Assembly (NCBI GenBank): GCA_043825775.1 | Contig: JBDRRK010000002.1 | Location: 1,308 to 65,307 of the forward strand | Direction of reading: 5' to 3' | DNA length: 64,000 nt | Origin: an archaeon | GTDB lineage: Archaea; Nanobdellota; Nanobdellia; SCGC-AAA011-G17; GW2011-AR17 | In this document: positions 10,218 through 19,934 of the stretch, in pieces | Layout of the letters: each line of letters starts with the position of its first letter | How positions within the stretch are numbered: the stretch's first letter is position 1 | Notes under the pieces: generated by a model | The model's database searches: none | The model's input: the letters and a program-made list of their open reading frames with translations, nothing else | What the model was told of the DNA's origin: nothing | Made by a program: the position numbers and the translations under genes

Positions 10218-11165
10218 TTACTTTTTTGAAGAATTTCCGGAATTGTTTTTATTCCTGTATTTTTTAATATAATTTCTTAGTTTTTCTATTTTTTTTGTAG
10301 GGATTAATTTTTTGAAGTTTATATTTACTTTTAAATCCATTTCTTTGAATTTGGTTTCTCCTATTTTCTTTCTTAATTTATTGTAGATTCTGTTTTTTCT
10401 TTTTTCTATTCTTGCTAATCTTTTTTCTTCTTTTTCTTTATCTTTAATTTCTTTATGTTCATCTTCAATGTTTTGTATTTGTTTAATATATCCTTTCACT
10501 GTTGCTACTTCTATAATCTTTTTAGACATTTTTATATAACTATAATATCCTTTAATTTTTCCAATCTTTTGATATTGATGAACTGTTTTTAGATTTTTAC
10601 AGTAAATAGTTTTTATTTTTTTATTATTCTCAATATAATATAGATTCATTATTATTTCTAATAAATATCCCGATTCTTCTGGAACTGTTATTTTTTCAAA
10701 GTCTTCTCTCCAGAAAGCTCTTTCCCCACCAAAAAATCTTGCTCCGTTTGTCCAGCCCCATATTGCTTCTCTGTCTCCTTGTCTATCTAAAATAGTCATA
10801 TCATATTCTTTATTTAGAATTAAGTAAATCATTTTTGAGATATTTTCATGTGAAAGTTTAATTAAATCAGCATCAATTAAAACTATTAATTCACCTCTGC
10901 TTTTTTTAATTCCAGTTAGTACTGCTGCTGTTTTTCCTTTGTTTTTTTCATGTTGTATTAATCTTACTTTTGGAAATTTTTTTACCTCTTGTGAAGTGTT
11001 ATCTTCAGAACCATCATCAACAACAATTATTTCATTAAAGTGAGGAAAGGTAGTTACTGTTTTTAGAACTCTTTTGATATTTTTACCTTCGTTCCATGCA
11101 GGTATTATACAAGTAATAAGTGTAGAATTTTTTACTTTTGCTACTTCTTGTGTGTAGTTTGTCAT
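10218..11165 (-). CDS. Glycosyltransferase family 2 with basic C-terminal tail
   Basis: IIPAWNE, IIVVDDGSEDNT, NKGK, LIDAD motifs. Confidence 0.9.
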   Translation of the reverse strand: MTNYTQEVAKVKNSTLITCIIPAWNEGKNIKRVLKTVTTFPHFNEIIVVDDGSEDNTSQEVKKFPKVRLIQHEKNKGKTAAVLTGIKKSRGELIVLIDADLIKLSHENISKMIYLILNKEYDMTILDRQGDREAIWGWTNGARFFGGERAFWREDFEKITVPEESGYLLEIIMNLYYIENNKKIKTIYCKNLKTVHQYQKIGKIKGYYSYIKMSKKIIEVATVKGYIKQIQNIEDEHKEIKDKEKEEKRLARIEKRKNRIYNKLRKKIGETKFKEMDLKVNINFKKLIPTKKIEKLRNYIKKYRNKNNSGNSSKK

Positions 11166-11178
11166 TTTAAAGTATGAA

Positions 11179-11262
11179 TGTGCGGGACAGGGTTCGAACC
11201 TGCGTAAGCACTAAGCTACTGGGTCCTAAGCCCAGCCCGTTTGACCACTCCGGCACCCGCAC
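11179..11262 (-). tRNA. tRNA-Leu(UAG), intronless
   Basis: Reverse complement GTGCGGG...CTGGG-CT-TAG-GA-CCCAG, long variable arm, GCAGG-TTCGAAC-CCTGT, CCCGCAC-A. Confidence 0.95.
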
Positions 11263-11306
11263 ATATAGATAATTAGAAAAAGCTTTATCTTAAAAAAGTA
11301 TCGGAA

Positions 11307-11486
11307 CTAAGGTTTTCGCTTAGTATCCTTTTGCCAATTATATTTTCTTAATTTAGAAGTTTTACCATATCCACAGCTGGAACAGATTCTATTTATTTTA
11401 TGGTAGGAGGGTTTTCCACATCTCCTACATCTGATATGAACGTCCTTACCGGACTTCTTACCCATAGACGCTGTTCCTTTTGTCAT
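11307..11486 (-). CDS. rpl37e: 50S ribosomal protein L37e (not in ORF track)
   Basis: [29 protein letters not shown]...[17 protein letters not shown]; conserved position downstream of Lsm. Confidence 0.95.
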   Translation of the reverse strand: MTKGTASMGKKSGKDVHIRCRRCGKPSYHKINRICSSCGYGKTSKLRKYNWQKDTKRKP

Positions 11487-11490
11487 TTTT

Positions 11491-11715
11491 CTAAGCTGGT
11501 GATATTAGAATTATAGTATCCCCTCTGATGAATGCTTTTCCAAGCTTTCTTTTCATTTGTCCATTTTCCCACTCTTCTGCATCTTCCAAAACAGTGTTTA
11601 TGTGAATATCAAATGCTTTTAATTTTCCAGTTAACTGAACTTTATTCTTAAGTTCGACGATAACTCTTTGTCCTCTTGCTTCATTCAAAGCGTCTAACGG
11701 TCTTTCTGATTCCAT
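11491..11715 (-). CDS. lsm: Sm-like archaeal protein (Lsm/SmAP1)
   Basis: [27 protein letters not shown] Sm1/Sm2 motifs. Confidence 0.95.
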   Translation of the reverse strand: MESERPLDALNEARGQRVIVELKNKVQLTGKLKAFDIHINTVLEDAEEWENGQMKRKLGKAFIRGDTIILISPA

Positions 11716-11824
11716 CTTAAATAAAACCCTCCAATGGAGTTTATAAAAAAATGTACTATATATAAATGTTTCTAAAAGAAATAGAGGGAAAAGTATATAA
11801 ATGGCTTATTTTTCTAAAAATGTT

Positions 11825-12199
11825 ATGTTAACTAAACAACGAGGAAAAAGAAAAACTAGTGGGGGAAGATATATTTCTGCTAGAGGTAAAAGAATCTTTG
11901 AGAAGAGAGGAAAGGCTACTTTAACTAAACTTGGAGAGAAAAAAGTTAAAGAGGAAAGGACTAGAGGAGGAGATTCTAAGCAAAGGTTGTTGATGGCTAA
12001 CATGGTTAATGTTTATGATCCTAAAACTAAAAAATATTATAATCTTAAAATTAAAACAATTGTAGAGAATACAGCAAATAGACATTTTGTAAGAAGAAAC
12101 ATTTTAACTAAAGGTGCTGTGATTGATACTGATAAGGGAAAAGCAAAAGTAACTTCTAGACCTGGTCAAGAAGGTATGATTAATGCTGTTCTAGTTTGA
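11825..12199 (+). CDS. rps8e: 30S ribosomal protein S8e
   Basis: RKTSGGR, RTRGG, NRHFVRRNILTKGAVIDTDKG, VTSRPGQEG; likely start ATG 11825. Confidence 0.95.
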   Translation: MLTKQRGKRKTSGGRYISARGKRIFEKRGKATLTKLGEKKVKEERTRGGDSKQRLLMANMVNVYDPKTKKYYNLKIKTIVENTANRHFVRRNILTKGAVIDTDKGKAKVTSRPGQEGMINAVLV

Positions 12200-12293
12200 T
12201 TCTTTAGTGATTTTTATTTAAACTTACCGAAAAGCTTATAAAGGGGAGTTTATTTTCATATATAAATCTTATGTTTTCACGGAGGCTATCAAA

Positions 12294-13214
12294 ATGAGTC
12301 AATATATCAAAAAATGTCCAGAATGTGGCAGTATTAACCTAATTATAAATAAAGAGAAAGGAGAAGTGGTTTGTAAGAGCTGTGGACTTGTTATTGAAGA
12401 AAAGATGGTTGACTTTGGTCAGGAGTGGAGAGAATTTGATTCTGATGATGCTGATAAAAGGAGAAGGACTGGAGCTCCTATGACTTATACTAAGTTTGAC
12501 AAAGGTTTAGGAACTGATGTTGGACAGAAACAGGATATTTACAAGTTGGGTGGAAAGGGTAAGAATAAATTCTTTAGATTAAGGAAATGGCAGTATAGAA
12601 TAAGTACTGCAATTGAAAGAAATCTAAAATTAGCTTTGGCTGAATTGAAAAGAGTTGCTTCATATTTGAAATTACCTAAATCTGTTGAAGAAGAGGCTGC
12701 AAGGATTTATACTTTGGCTGTTCAGAAAGGTTTAGTAAGAGGTAGATCAATGGAGTCGGTAGTTGCTGGTGCACTTTATGCTGCATGTAGGAGACATGAG
12801 GTTCCAAGAACTTTAGATGAATTATCAGAAGCTTCAGGTATTGATAAAAAAGAGATTGGAAGAACTTATAGATTTGTAACAAGAGAATTAGGTATTAGAG
12901 TTCTGCCTTCAAATCCAATTGATTATATTCCAAGATTTGCTTCAGCTTTAAGATTGAGTGCAGATACACAAAGTAAAGCTGTTGATATTCTACAGATGGC
13001 TCAAGATTCTGAGTTAACTTCTGGTAGGGGGCCTACGGGAATTGCTGCTGCTTCATTATATGTTGCTGCTCTTATGAATAATGAAAAGAGAACACAAAGA
13101 GAAGTAGCTGATATTGCAGGAGTTACTGAAGTTACAATTAGAAATAGGTATAAAGAATTGTTGAAAAAACTTAATCTTAAAGATAAGATTAAAAAATTAA
13201 AGAAAGAAGATTAA
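12294..13214 (+). CDS. tfb: Transcription initiation factor IIB
   Basis: Zn ribbon CPECG..CKSCG, EWREF, GAPMT, two cyclin repeats, GVTEVTIRNRYKEL. Confidence 0.97.
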   Translation: MSQYIKKCPECGSINLIINKEKGEVVCKSCGLVIEEKMVDFGQEWREFDSDDADKRRRTGAPMTYTKFDKGLGTDVGQKQDIYKLGGKGKNKFFRLRKWQYRISTAIERNLKLALAELKRVASYLKLPKSVEEEAARIYTLAVQKGLVRGRSMESVVAGALYAACRRHEVPRTLDELSEASGIDKKEIGRTYRFVTRELGIRVLPSNPIDYIPRFASALRLSADTQSKAVDILQMAQDSELTSGRGPTGIAAASLYVAALMNNEKRTQREVADIAGVTEVTIRNRYKELLKKLNLKDKIKKLKKED

Positions 13215-13258
13215 TTTTTTTAGTTAATTTTATATATTAAATTGAGTTAGTTATTTAT

Positions 13259-14647
13259 ATGAAAAAAGAGTTGATGGTAGCAATTGCTATTCTAGTTGTT
13301 TTTACAATGTTACTTCAGGTTTCAATTATTGGTAATATTACTTTCTTAAGAAATCCAACATTTAATCTTCCTGTTACAACTTTAAGTTGTACACAAGGAG
13401 ATTGTGATTTAGATGCAAAAAAATGGTGCGATGGTTCTGGGACTTGGATCATAAATGGTTATGAACAAGAATGTGGAACACAAGATTATGATTATAACAA
13501 AACTTATTGTGAGATAGGAAGTTGTGATTATAATAATTATTTTTATTGTGCAAACAATCAATGGTTTAGTGATTATTATTGTGATGATTCTAATTGTGGT
13601 AATGAAGCTGAGTCTGCAAGTTATTGTTCTTGTACTAATCCAGTTACTGAAGTTTGCATAAATAACAAAGATGATGATTGTGATGGAAAAGTAGATTGTT
13701 TAGATACTGATTGTGGTGATTGTGCTTGTGTTGAAGGAGAGACTATAAGTTGTAGTACTGATGTTGGTGAATGTACTTTAGGAGTTCAATATTGTGAGAA
13801 TGGAAATTGGGGAAGTTGTACTGGAGTTGAACCAAGTTCTGATGTTTGTGATGAATTGGATAATGATTGTGATGGTCAAGTAGATGAAGACTGTCTCTGT
13901 GTTCAAGGGGAGATAAAAGATTGTGGTAGTGATATTGGAGTTTGTAATGCTGGAACACAAGTTTGTGTGGATGGAAGATGGAGTATATGTTATGGTGCAA
14001 GTTATGCTGCTTCTGGTGATGAGATTTGTAATGGAAAAGATGATGATTGTGATGGAGAGATAGATGAAGGTTGTGGATGTGTTCATGGAGTTGTTCAAAG
14101 TTGTGGAACAGATGTTGGATTGTGTGAAAAAGGGGAACAAACTTGTGAATCTGGTTCATGGGGAGAGTGTTTGAATGGAATTGAACCTTTTGCTGAAGTT
14201 TGTAGTGATGGTTTGGATAATGATTGTGATGGTAAAGTTGATACTGATGATGAAAATTGTGCTGGTGCTGAACAGATTTTAGAAGAAACCAATGAAGAGA
14301 TTGAGGTTGAAACTAAAATCTATGAAAAGAAAGTAGTTGTTGAAGAGGAAGAGGAAGAAAGAGTCGTTGCAGTTCCAGAGGAAAGTAGTTTTGATATTTT
14401 TTGGATTATAATTCCTGTAATTATTGTTTTAGGTCTTGTTGTGGGGGTTATATTTTATTTAAAATCAAAGAAGAAAAAACCAATTAAAGGTGGATTGAGT
14501 AGCAAACCTATTCAAAAAAGAATTCCTTTACAAAGGCCTTTACAAAAACCTACTGGTAAGCCTACAATGAGGCCAGTAAAAAAAACTAAATTAGATGATG
14601 CTTTAAGCAATTCTTTTAAAAAGACAAAGGAATTATTTGGAAAATAG
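13259..14647 (+). CDS. Membrane-anchored Cys/Asp-rich repeat protein (MopE-like putative metal-binding repeats)
   Basis: Tandem ~58-aa units GxCxxGxQxCxxGxWxxC...ExCxxxDxDCDGxxD; N-terminal hydrophobic segment and C-terminal TM plus basic tail. Confidence 0.8.
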   Translation: MKKELMVAIAILVVFTMLLQVSIIGNITFLRNPTFNLPVTTLSCTQGDCDLDAKKWCDGSGTWIINGYEQECGTQDYDYNKTYCEIGSCDYNNYFYCANNQWFSDYYCDDSNCGNEAESASYCSCTNPVTEVCINNKDDDCDGKVDCLDTDCGDCACVEGETISCSTDVGECTLGVQYCENGNWGSCTGVEPSSDVCDELDNDCDGQVDEDCLCVQGEIKDCGSDIGVCNAGTQVCVDGRWSICYGASYAASGDEICNGKDDDCDGEIDEGCGCVHGVVQSCGTDVGLCEKGEQTCESGSWGECLNGIEPFAEVCSDGLDNDCDGKVDTDDENCAGAEQILEETNEEIEVETKIYEKKVVVEEEEEERVVAVPEESSFDIFWIIIPVIIVLGLVVGVIFYLKSKKKKPIKGGLSSKPIQKRIPLQRPLQKPTGKPTMRPVKKTKLDDALSNSFKKTKELFGK

Positions 14648-14687
14648 ATTGATAATTCTTATAAATAGACTGTAAGTTTTTCTTCTA

Positions 14688-15551
14688 ATGTTTTTGGAAT
14701 TTATTAGGGTTAAACAGTATTATAAGAATTTATTAGTATTCTTAGTATTAATTTTTGCTGGTGAATTTTTTAATTTGCAATCTGTTAGTTTGATAATTTT
14801 AGGGTTTATTTCACTTTGTTTGATTTCATCTACTAATTATATATTAAATGATATTTTTGATGTTGAATCAGATAAGAAGCATTCAGAGAAGAAAAAAAGA
14901 GCTATAGCTTCTGGTAAAATTTCTGTATTTTGGGCTACTATTGTTGCGATGGTTTTTGCTGTTGTTTCTTTAGTAATTGCCTGGTATGTTGCTGAATATT
15001 TCTTTTATCTAGTGATATTATTGTTTTTATTGACTCAAGTGTATACTTTATTTTTTAAGAATGAAATATTTTTAGATGTGTTATTTATTGCTGTTAATTT
15101 TGTTTTGAGGGCTGTTTCAGGAGCTTTGATATTGCATGCAAGTATTAGTCCTTGGTTGGTTTTGTGTGCTTTTTTCCTTAGCTTATTTTTAGCTGTGGGG
15201 AAAAGAAGAGGAGATCTTATTTTTTTGGGTACAAATGCAGTTAAACATAAAAAGGTTTTAGGAGTTTATACAAAAGAGTTGTTAGATAAGATATTAATTG
15301 TAGTTTTAGCATTGTTGTTTTCTTCATATAGCTTATATTCATTTTTAAGAGGTTATCCTATGCTTGTTACATTGCCTGTTGCTTTATACTGTGTTCTACG
15401 ATATCTATATTTAATTGAGATTAATTCTTCAATTATTAGAAGTCCAGATAGAGTCTATAAGGATTGGAAGCTGTTATTAGGTATATTTATATGGGTTGTT
15501 GTGTCATTTTTTATGCTTTACTTTTATCCTTTGGTTGCACAAAGCTTATAA
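14688..15551 (+). CDS. UbiA-superfamily protein, decaprenyl-phosphate phosphoribosyltransferase-like
   Basis: IRVKQYYKNLLVF, YILNDIFDVESDKKHSEKKKRAIASG, LAVGKRRGD; multi-TM. Confidence 0.85.
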   Translation: MFLEFIRVKQYYKNLLVFLVLIFAGEFFNLQSVSLIILGFISLCLISSTNYILNDIFDVESDKKHSEKKKRAIASGKISVFWATIVAMVFAVVSLVIAWYVAEYFFYLVILLFLLTQVYTLFFKNEIFLDVLFIAVNFVLRAVSGALILHASISPWLVLCAFFLSLFLAVGKRRGDLIFLGTNAVKHKKVLGVYTKELLDKILIVVLALLFSSYSLYSFLRGYPMLVTLPVALYCVLRYLYLIEINSSIIRSPDRVYKDWKLLLGIFIWVVVSFFMLYFYPLVAQSL

Positions 15552-15574
15552 ATTTATTATTGTTTTTTTTATAG

Positions 15575-16150
15575 ATGAAAAGAGTGCTTTTATTTGGATT
15601 GTTTATAATTTTATTAGCTAGCTTTGTTTCTGCTGGTTATAGTACTAATATTGCTTTTGAAGGAGGTAATAGTCAAATAGTCGTTATGGATGTAGGAGAT
15701 GAGGTTAGGTTTGAGATGGATGGTGATTGGCATTCTATATATGTTACTGATATTTCTGAAAGTACTGGCTCTTTTAAATTTAAGGTTGCTCCTTTTTTAA
15801 GTAACGGAACAAATACATTTCCTGGTTTTTGTAATATGGATATAACTACTAGATTAGATTTACAAAAAGATGGGATATATGATTTGTATGTTGGGTTATA
15901 TTCTTTTGCTGATGATGGAAGGGTTATGGTATTGTTTAGGCCTATTGTTGATGATAATGTTATTACTGGTGATGTTCCAGGTGTTGTTGATGATTCTGTT
16001 GAAAAATCAAATAAGGCACTGTATTTGACACTTATTGGTGTTGTAGTTGTAGTTCTTGTGTTGTTTTTAGTCTTTAGGAATATGGGCGGAAAGGAAATTC
16101 AAGAAGAGATTCCTACTGAAGAAAAGGTTGATGAAGTTGATGAAAAGTAA
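15575..16150 (+). CDS. Secreted, C-terminally anchored surface protein
   Basis: Signal peptide ending FVSA; DLQKDGIYDLYV motif; C-terminal TM. Confidence 0.75.
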   Translation: MKRVLLFGLFIILLASFVSAGYSTNIAFEGGNSQIVVMDVGDEVRFEMDGDWHSIYVTDISESTGSFKFKVAPFLSNGTNTFPGFCNMDITTRLDLQKDGIYDLYVGLYSFADDGRVMVLFRPIVDDNVITGDVPGVVDDSVEKSNKALYLTLIGVVVVVLVLFLVFRNMGGKEIQEEIPTEEKVDEVDEK

Positions 16151-16186
16151 GAAACTTTTATATATTTAGATTTCTTGTATTCTTGT

Positions 16187-17452
16187 ATGGGTTTAATAGC
16201 TAATGTTGAAAAGAAGAAAAAAGAGTTGAAAAAAGAACCTAAAATTGAAAAAAAAGAAGCTTCTACACAAAATAGATTAGATAATTTTGATAGGACAGAG
16301 AAACCAAAAGAAAAAGTTGATACTGATCAAGATATATTAGCCAAGCTTGATAGAATAAAAAAACAAGAAGAAAAACCAGTTGTTGAAGAGAAGTTAGATG
16401 TTGAAAAAGAAGTATTAGAAAAACTTGATAAGATAGAGAAACCAAAAGAAAAAGTTGAAGAAAAGAATATTGATACTAATCAAGATATACTAGAAAGACT
16501 TGATACAATAAAAAAACAAGCAGAAATAAAACCTTCTGAAAAAAAAGAAGATAAAACTATTTCTAAAGAAAAAGAGATAATAGAAAAAGTTGTTGATGCA
16601 GTTGAAAAACCTAAGAAAAAATCACCCTTTGCAGAAATTAAAAGACAGATTGAAGGAAAATTGAGAAGAAGCAAACCTGAATTTAATCTTAAAGAAACTA
16701 TGGAAGATATAAAAGAGGAAATTGAAGATGAATTAGGAACTGAAAAGAAGTTTGTTAAAACTAAAGGACGTATTGCTACTGGATTGCCTGGTTTGGATCA
16801 ATTGATGGAGGGAGGTTTTTTAGATAAGAGTATGGTTTTGGTTGTTGGTGGAGCTGGTTCTGGGAAGTCTATTTTTTCTATGCAATTTTTAGTTAATGGT
16901 GTTCAAGATTATAATGAGACTGGAATTTATATTACATTTGAACAGAATGAAGAGAAGGTTTTGAGAGATTATGAAAGATTTGAATGGAATATCGTTGATA
17001 AGGTTAAAAAAGGAAATTTGGTTATCTTACCTTATACTCCTGAACAGGTTGATAGATTTTTAGATTCTGGAGGAGGAATTGTTAGAGATATTATTGATAA
17101 GATTGGAGCTAAGAGAGTTGTTGTTGATTCTGTTAGTGCTTTTTTATTATTGTTTCCAAATGAATTAGACAAAAGGAGAGCTGTGTTTAGATTATATGAA
17201 ACAATGTCAAAATGGGGTTGTACAACTTTGTTGATTGATGAGCATGAACCACACCCAAAGATTCATGAGAGTACTGTTATAGAATTTCAAGCTGATACTG
17301 TTTTACTTCTTTATAATCAAAGAAAGGGGGATATAAGGGAAAGAAGTATGGAAATTTTTAAGATGAGGGCTACTCAACATACTCAAAAGATATTTCCAAT
17401 GAAGATAGATGATTCTGGAATAACTATCTATCCAGATGCGAGTGTATTTTAG
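16187..17452 (+). CDS. KaiC/RecA-superfamily ATPase with long charged, repetitive N-terminus
   Basis: RIATGLPGLD, Walker A GGAGSGKS, ITFEQ, RVVVDS, IFKMRAT; N-terminal EKPKEKV/DTxQDIL repeats; ATG at 16187. Confidence 0.88.
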   Translation: MGLIANVEKKKKELKKEPKIEKKEASTQNRLDNFDRTEKPKEKVDTDQDILAKLDRIKKQEEKPVVEEKLDVEKEVLEKLDKIEKPKEKVEEKNIDTNQDILERLDTIKKQAEIKPSEKKEDKTISKEKEIIEKVVDAVEKPKKKSPFAEIKRQIEGKLRRSKPEFNLKETMEDIKEEIEDELGTEKKFVKTKGRIATGLPGLDQLMEGGFLDKSMVLVVGGAGSGKSIFSMQFLVNGVQDYNETGIYITFEQNEEKVLRDYERFEWNIVDKVKKGNLVILPYTPEQVDRFLDSGGGIVRDIIDKIGAKRVVVDSVSAFLLLFPNELDKRRAVFRLYETMSKWGCTTLLIDEHEPHPKIHESTVIEFQADTVLLLYNQRKGDIRERSMEIFKMRATQHTQKIFPMKIDDSGITIYPDASVF

Positions 17453-17465
17453 AAAGGTTTATATT
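17451..17465 (+). promoter_or_regulatory. BRE/TATA promoter for the minor-pilin operon (probably leaderless)
   Basis: AGAAAGG-TTTATATT, ~23 nt before ATG 17488. Confidence 0.55.
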
Positions 17466-17487
17466 AATTATTTATTTGTATGTATAT

Positions 17488-19536
17488 ATGATAAAGAGAG
17501 GTCAGGCTTCTACTGAGATGTTAATCCTTATTGGTATGGCTGTAATAGTTATTGGGCTTTTAGTTGTTTATTCACAAACTACTTTGTTTTCTGCTAAGGA
17601 TCAATATAAAGAAGAGCAAGCTAGATTAGCTGTTGAGGATATAACAAGTACTGCTGAATATATTTATCAACAGGGTTTAGGTGCGAAGACAAGAGTTTAT
17701 GTTACTATTCCAAATAATGTTGCTTATACTAATGTTACTTCAAATTATGTTTCAATAACTTTTGATAATGGTAATAGTGTTGTTTCTTCTGTTGATTTTG
17801 ATGTTACTGGTTCATTGCCTGAAAATGATGGAAGTTATTGGATTGAAATAGAGAGTCAAGGTAATTATGTTTATATTTCAACAAATGTTTCTGAGATTGT
17901 TGTTGAAACTTGTGGCGATGGTACTTGTAGTGCTGGAGAGAATTGTCCTGCTGATGTTATTAGTTGTGTGGATAATGTTTGTTATGAACCTACTTGTGTA
18001 AGTGGTTGTGGTCAAACTGCAATTGTAAGTGCTGTAGATGTTGGAGAGTGTGATTCTACAACTGTTGCAGGAAGTTGTGTTGATGTTCCTTGTATTTGTA
18101 GTGGAGTTAGTGTTTGTGTTGATGTTGTTGCAAATGATACTACTGCACCGGTTGTTAGTTTGATAGCACCTGCAAATGGAAGTACCAATACAATTGGTAC
18201 AATTGATTTCTTGTATAATATTACAGATGCAAGTATGGTTAGTAATTGTAGTTTGTATGTAAGTAGTGTTTTGAAAGGAACTGATTTAAGTGTTAGTACT
18301 GGAGTTACTAAGAATATAACTTCAACTTTATCAAATGGAGCTTATACTTGGTATATAAGTTGTGTTGATGCAAGTAATAATGTGGGAATATCTTCAACTA
18401 GGTCTTTGACTGTTGGAGAAGTTTTATATTTAGATTTATGGTCTTTTAATGAAATCTATCCTGTTAGTTTTGATACAGGTGTTAATTCTACTGCAAATAC
18501 TTTTTGGTTAGTAGGAGGAAGTGATGGATGGGATTGGATTAATGGAACTTATATGGGTGGACCAAGTAATTTAGATACTTGTATTAATTTTGGAAATAAT
18601 TCTCAGATAGAAGTTTATGTTGGGGATGAGAATTGTGGTTCTGGTGATGATTTAGGACAAGGTTCAGGTGCTTATGGAATTGAGTTTTATGTTGATTCAA
18701 GTACTTATAGTTTAATTGATGTTGGAATTGCAAATCTTTCTTTTTCTTGGGAATATTCTCCTATGGCTGGACAGTTGGATGCTAGTGAAGATGTTTGGGT
18801 TAAGGCAACTATTGGAAATGAAACAATATTTGGTTATGAGGATTTTGAGTCTAGTTATTTAGGTTCTAGTTATTCTTGGGTTGGAGGTTTTGGTTGGCTT
18901 TATGATTGGTATCGATCTGGAGCTGGAACAGATACTATTGGGACAACTGAGTATTCAGGTAGATATGCAATGCAGTTAAGTGGAGAAAATAATTGGGTAG
19001 ATAGAGCTATTGATTTGCATTTTGCTACAAATCCAAAAATTACTTTTTATGCTATGTGTACTGGTTTAGAAAGTAATGATCATGCTTATTTTTATGTAAG
19101 TCCTGATGATTCTGTTTATACTGAATTACAAAGTTGGACAAATGGTGATGATGATGGAGTTTGGAGAGAGTATACTTTTGATTTGACTTCTTACTTTGCA
19201 AGTTCAAATGAATTTTGGATTGCTTTTGAAACTCCTGATTTTAATAATGCTAATGATAAATGTTATTTTGATCAGATTATTATTTATGAAGGAGATATTA
19301 ATTATTTGGGTGATGATTTGGATTCAGGTGTTGATCAGAGTGATGTTTCAAATGAGATATATTGGGAAAATAATCCTGGGACTGGAGCTAATGGTTTTGT
19401 AAGTTATGATATTTCAAGTTATATCCAAGGTGAAGGTTGGTATTATCTAACTTTAGGGGGACAAGTTTATAGGTGGAATGCTGCGAATGAAGGAGCTAAT
19501 TTTTACTTTGATGATGTAATGATTTATGTTGAATGA
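17488..19536 (+). CDS. Large minor pilin/adhesin with class III signal peptide, Cys-rich, Ig-like and beta-sandwich domains
   Basis: MIKRG/QASTEMLILIG; ETCGDGTC Cys repeat; DTTAPVVSLIAP Ig-like unit; Trp/Asp-rich C-terminal region. Confidence 0.8.
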   Translation: MIKRGQASTEMLILIGMAVIVIGLLVVYSQTTLFSAKDQYKEEQARLAVEDITSTAEYIYQQGLGAKTRVYVTIPNNVAYTNVTSNYVSITFDNGNSVVSSVDFDVTGSLPENDGSYWIEIESQGNYVYISTNVSEIVVETCGDGTCSAGENCPADVISCVDNVCYEPTCVSGCGQTAIVSAVDVGECDSTTVAGSCVDVPCICSGVSVCVDVVANDTTAPVVSLIAPANGSTNTIGTIDFLYNITDASMVSNCSLYVSSVLKGTDLSVSTGVTKNITSTLSNGAYTWYISCVDASNNVGISSTRSLTVGEVLYLDLWSFNEIYPVSFDTGVNSTANTFWLVGGSDGWDWINGTYMGGPSNLDTCINFGNNSQIEVYVGDENCGSGDDLGQGSGAYGIEFYVDSSTYSLIDVGIANLSFSWEYSPMAGQLDASEDVWVKATIGNETIFGYEDFESSYLGSSYSWVGGFGWLYDWYRSGAGTDTIGTTEYSGRYAMQLSGENNWVDRAIDLHFATNPKITFYAMCTGLESNDHAYFYVSPDDSVYTELQSWTNGDDDGVWREYTFDLTSYFASSNEFWIAFETPDFNNANDKCYFDQIIIYEGDINYLGDDLDSGVDQSDVSNEIYWENNPGTGANGFVSYDISSYIQGEGWYYLTLGGQVYRWNAANEGANFYFDDVMIYVE

Positions 19537-19934
19537 TGAAAAAAGGTCAAGCAAGTGTGGATTTATTAATTGTATTGGGGATTTTGTTAATTGTCTTTGC
19601 AATTTTATTTGAGTTTGTTGTTTATGATAAATTTCAAGAAAGATTTGAGAAGCAAGTTATGTTAGATGCAAGAGAACAAGGAGAGAAGGTTGCAATGGCA
19701 ATCAATGAGGTTTATCTTGCAGGTGAAGGAACAAATAAAACAATCTATTTACCTGATAATTTAATTCATTCTAGTAAGTATAATGTTACTGCTTACAATT
19801 CTGGTACTGTTATTGTTGAGGTTTTGAATAAAAGAGAGAGTACTCCTACCTTAACTGGAAATTTTGATAATACCCTTTTTTCTTCAGGTGAGAATAAGAT
19901 AAGAAATGTAAATGGGGTGATTGTTTTTGAATAA
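19533..19934 (+). CDS. Class III signal peptide (pilin-like) protein
   Basis: MKKG/QASVDLLIVLGILL. Confidence 0.82.
   Translation: MMKKGQASVDLLIVLGILLIVFAILFEFVVYDKFQERFEKQVMLDAREQGEKVAMAINEVYLAGEGTNKTIYLPDNLIHSSKYNVTAYNSGTVIVEVLNKRESTPTLTGNFDNTLFSSGENKIRNVNGVIVFE

Noticed and set aside
13743-14292. His/Thr/Ile-rich antisense ORFs (and similar short shadow ORFs throughout the track)
   Set aside because: Artefacts of the G/T-rich sense-strand codon bias of real genes.
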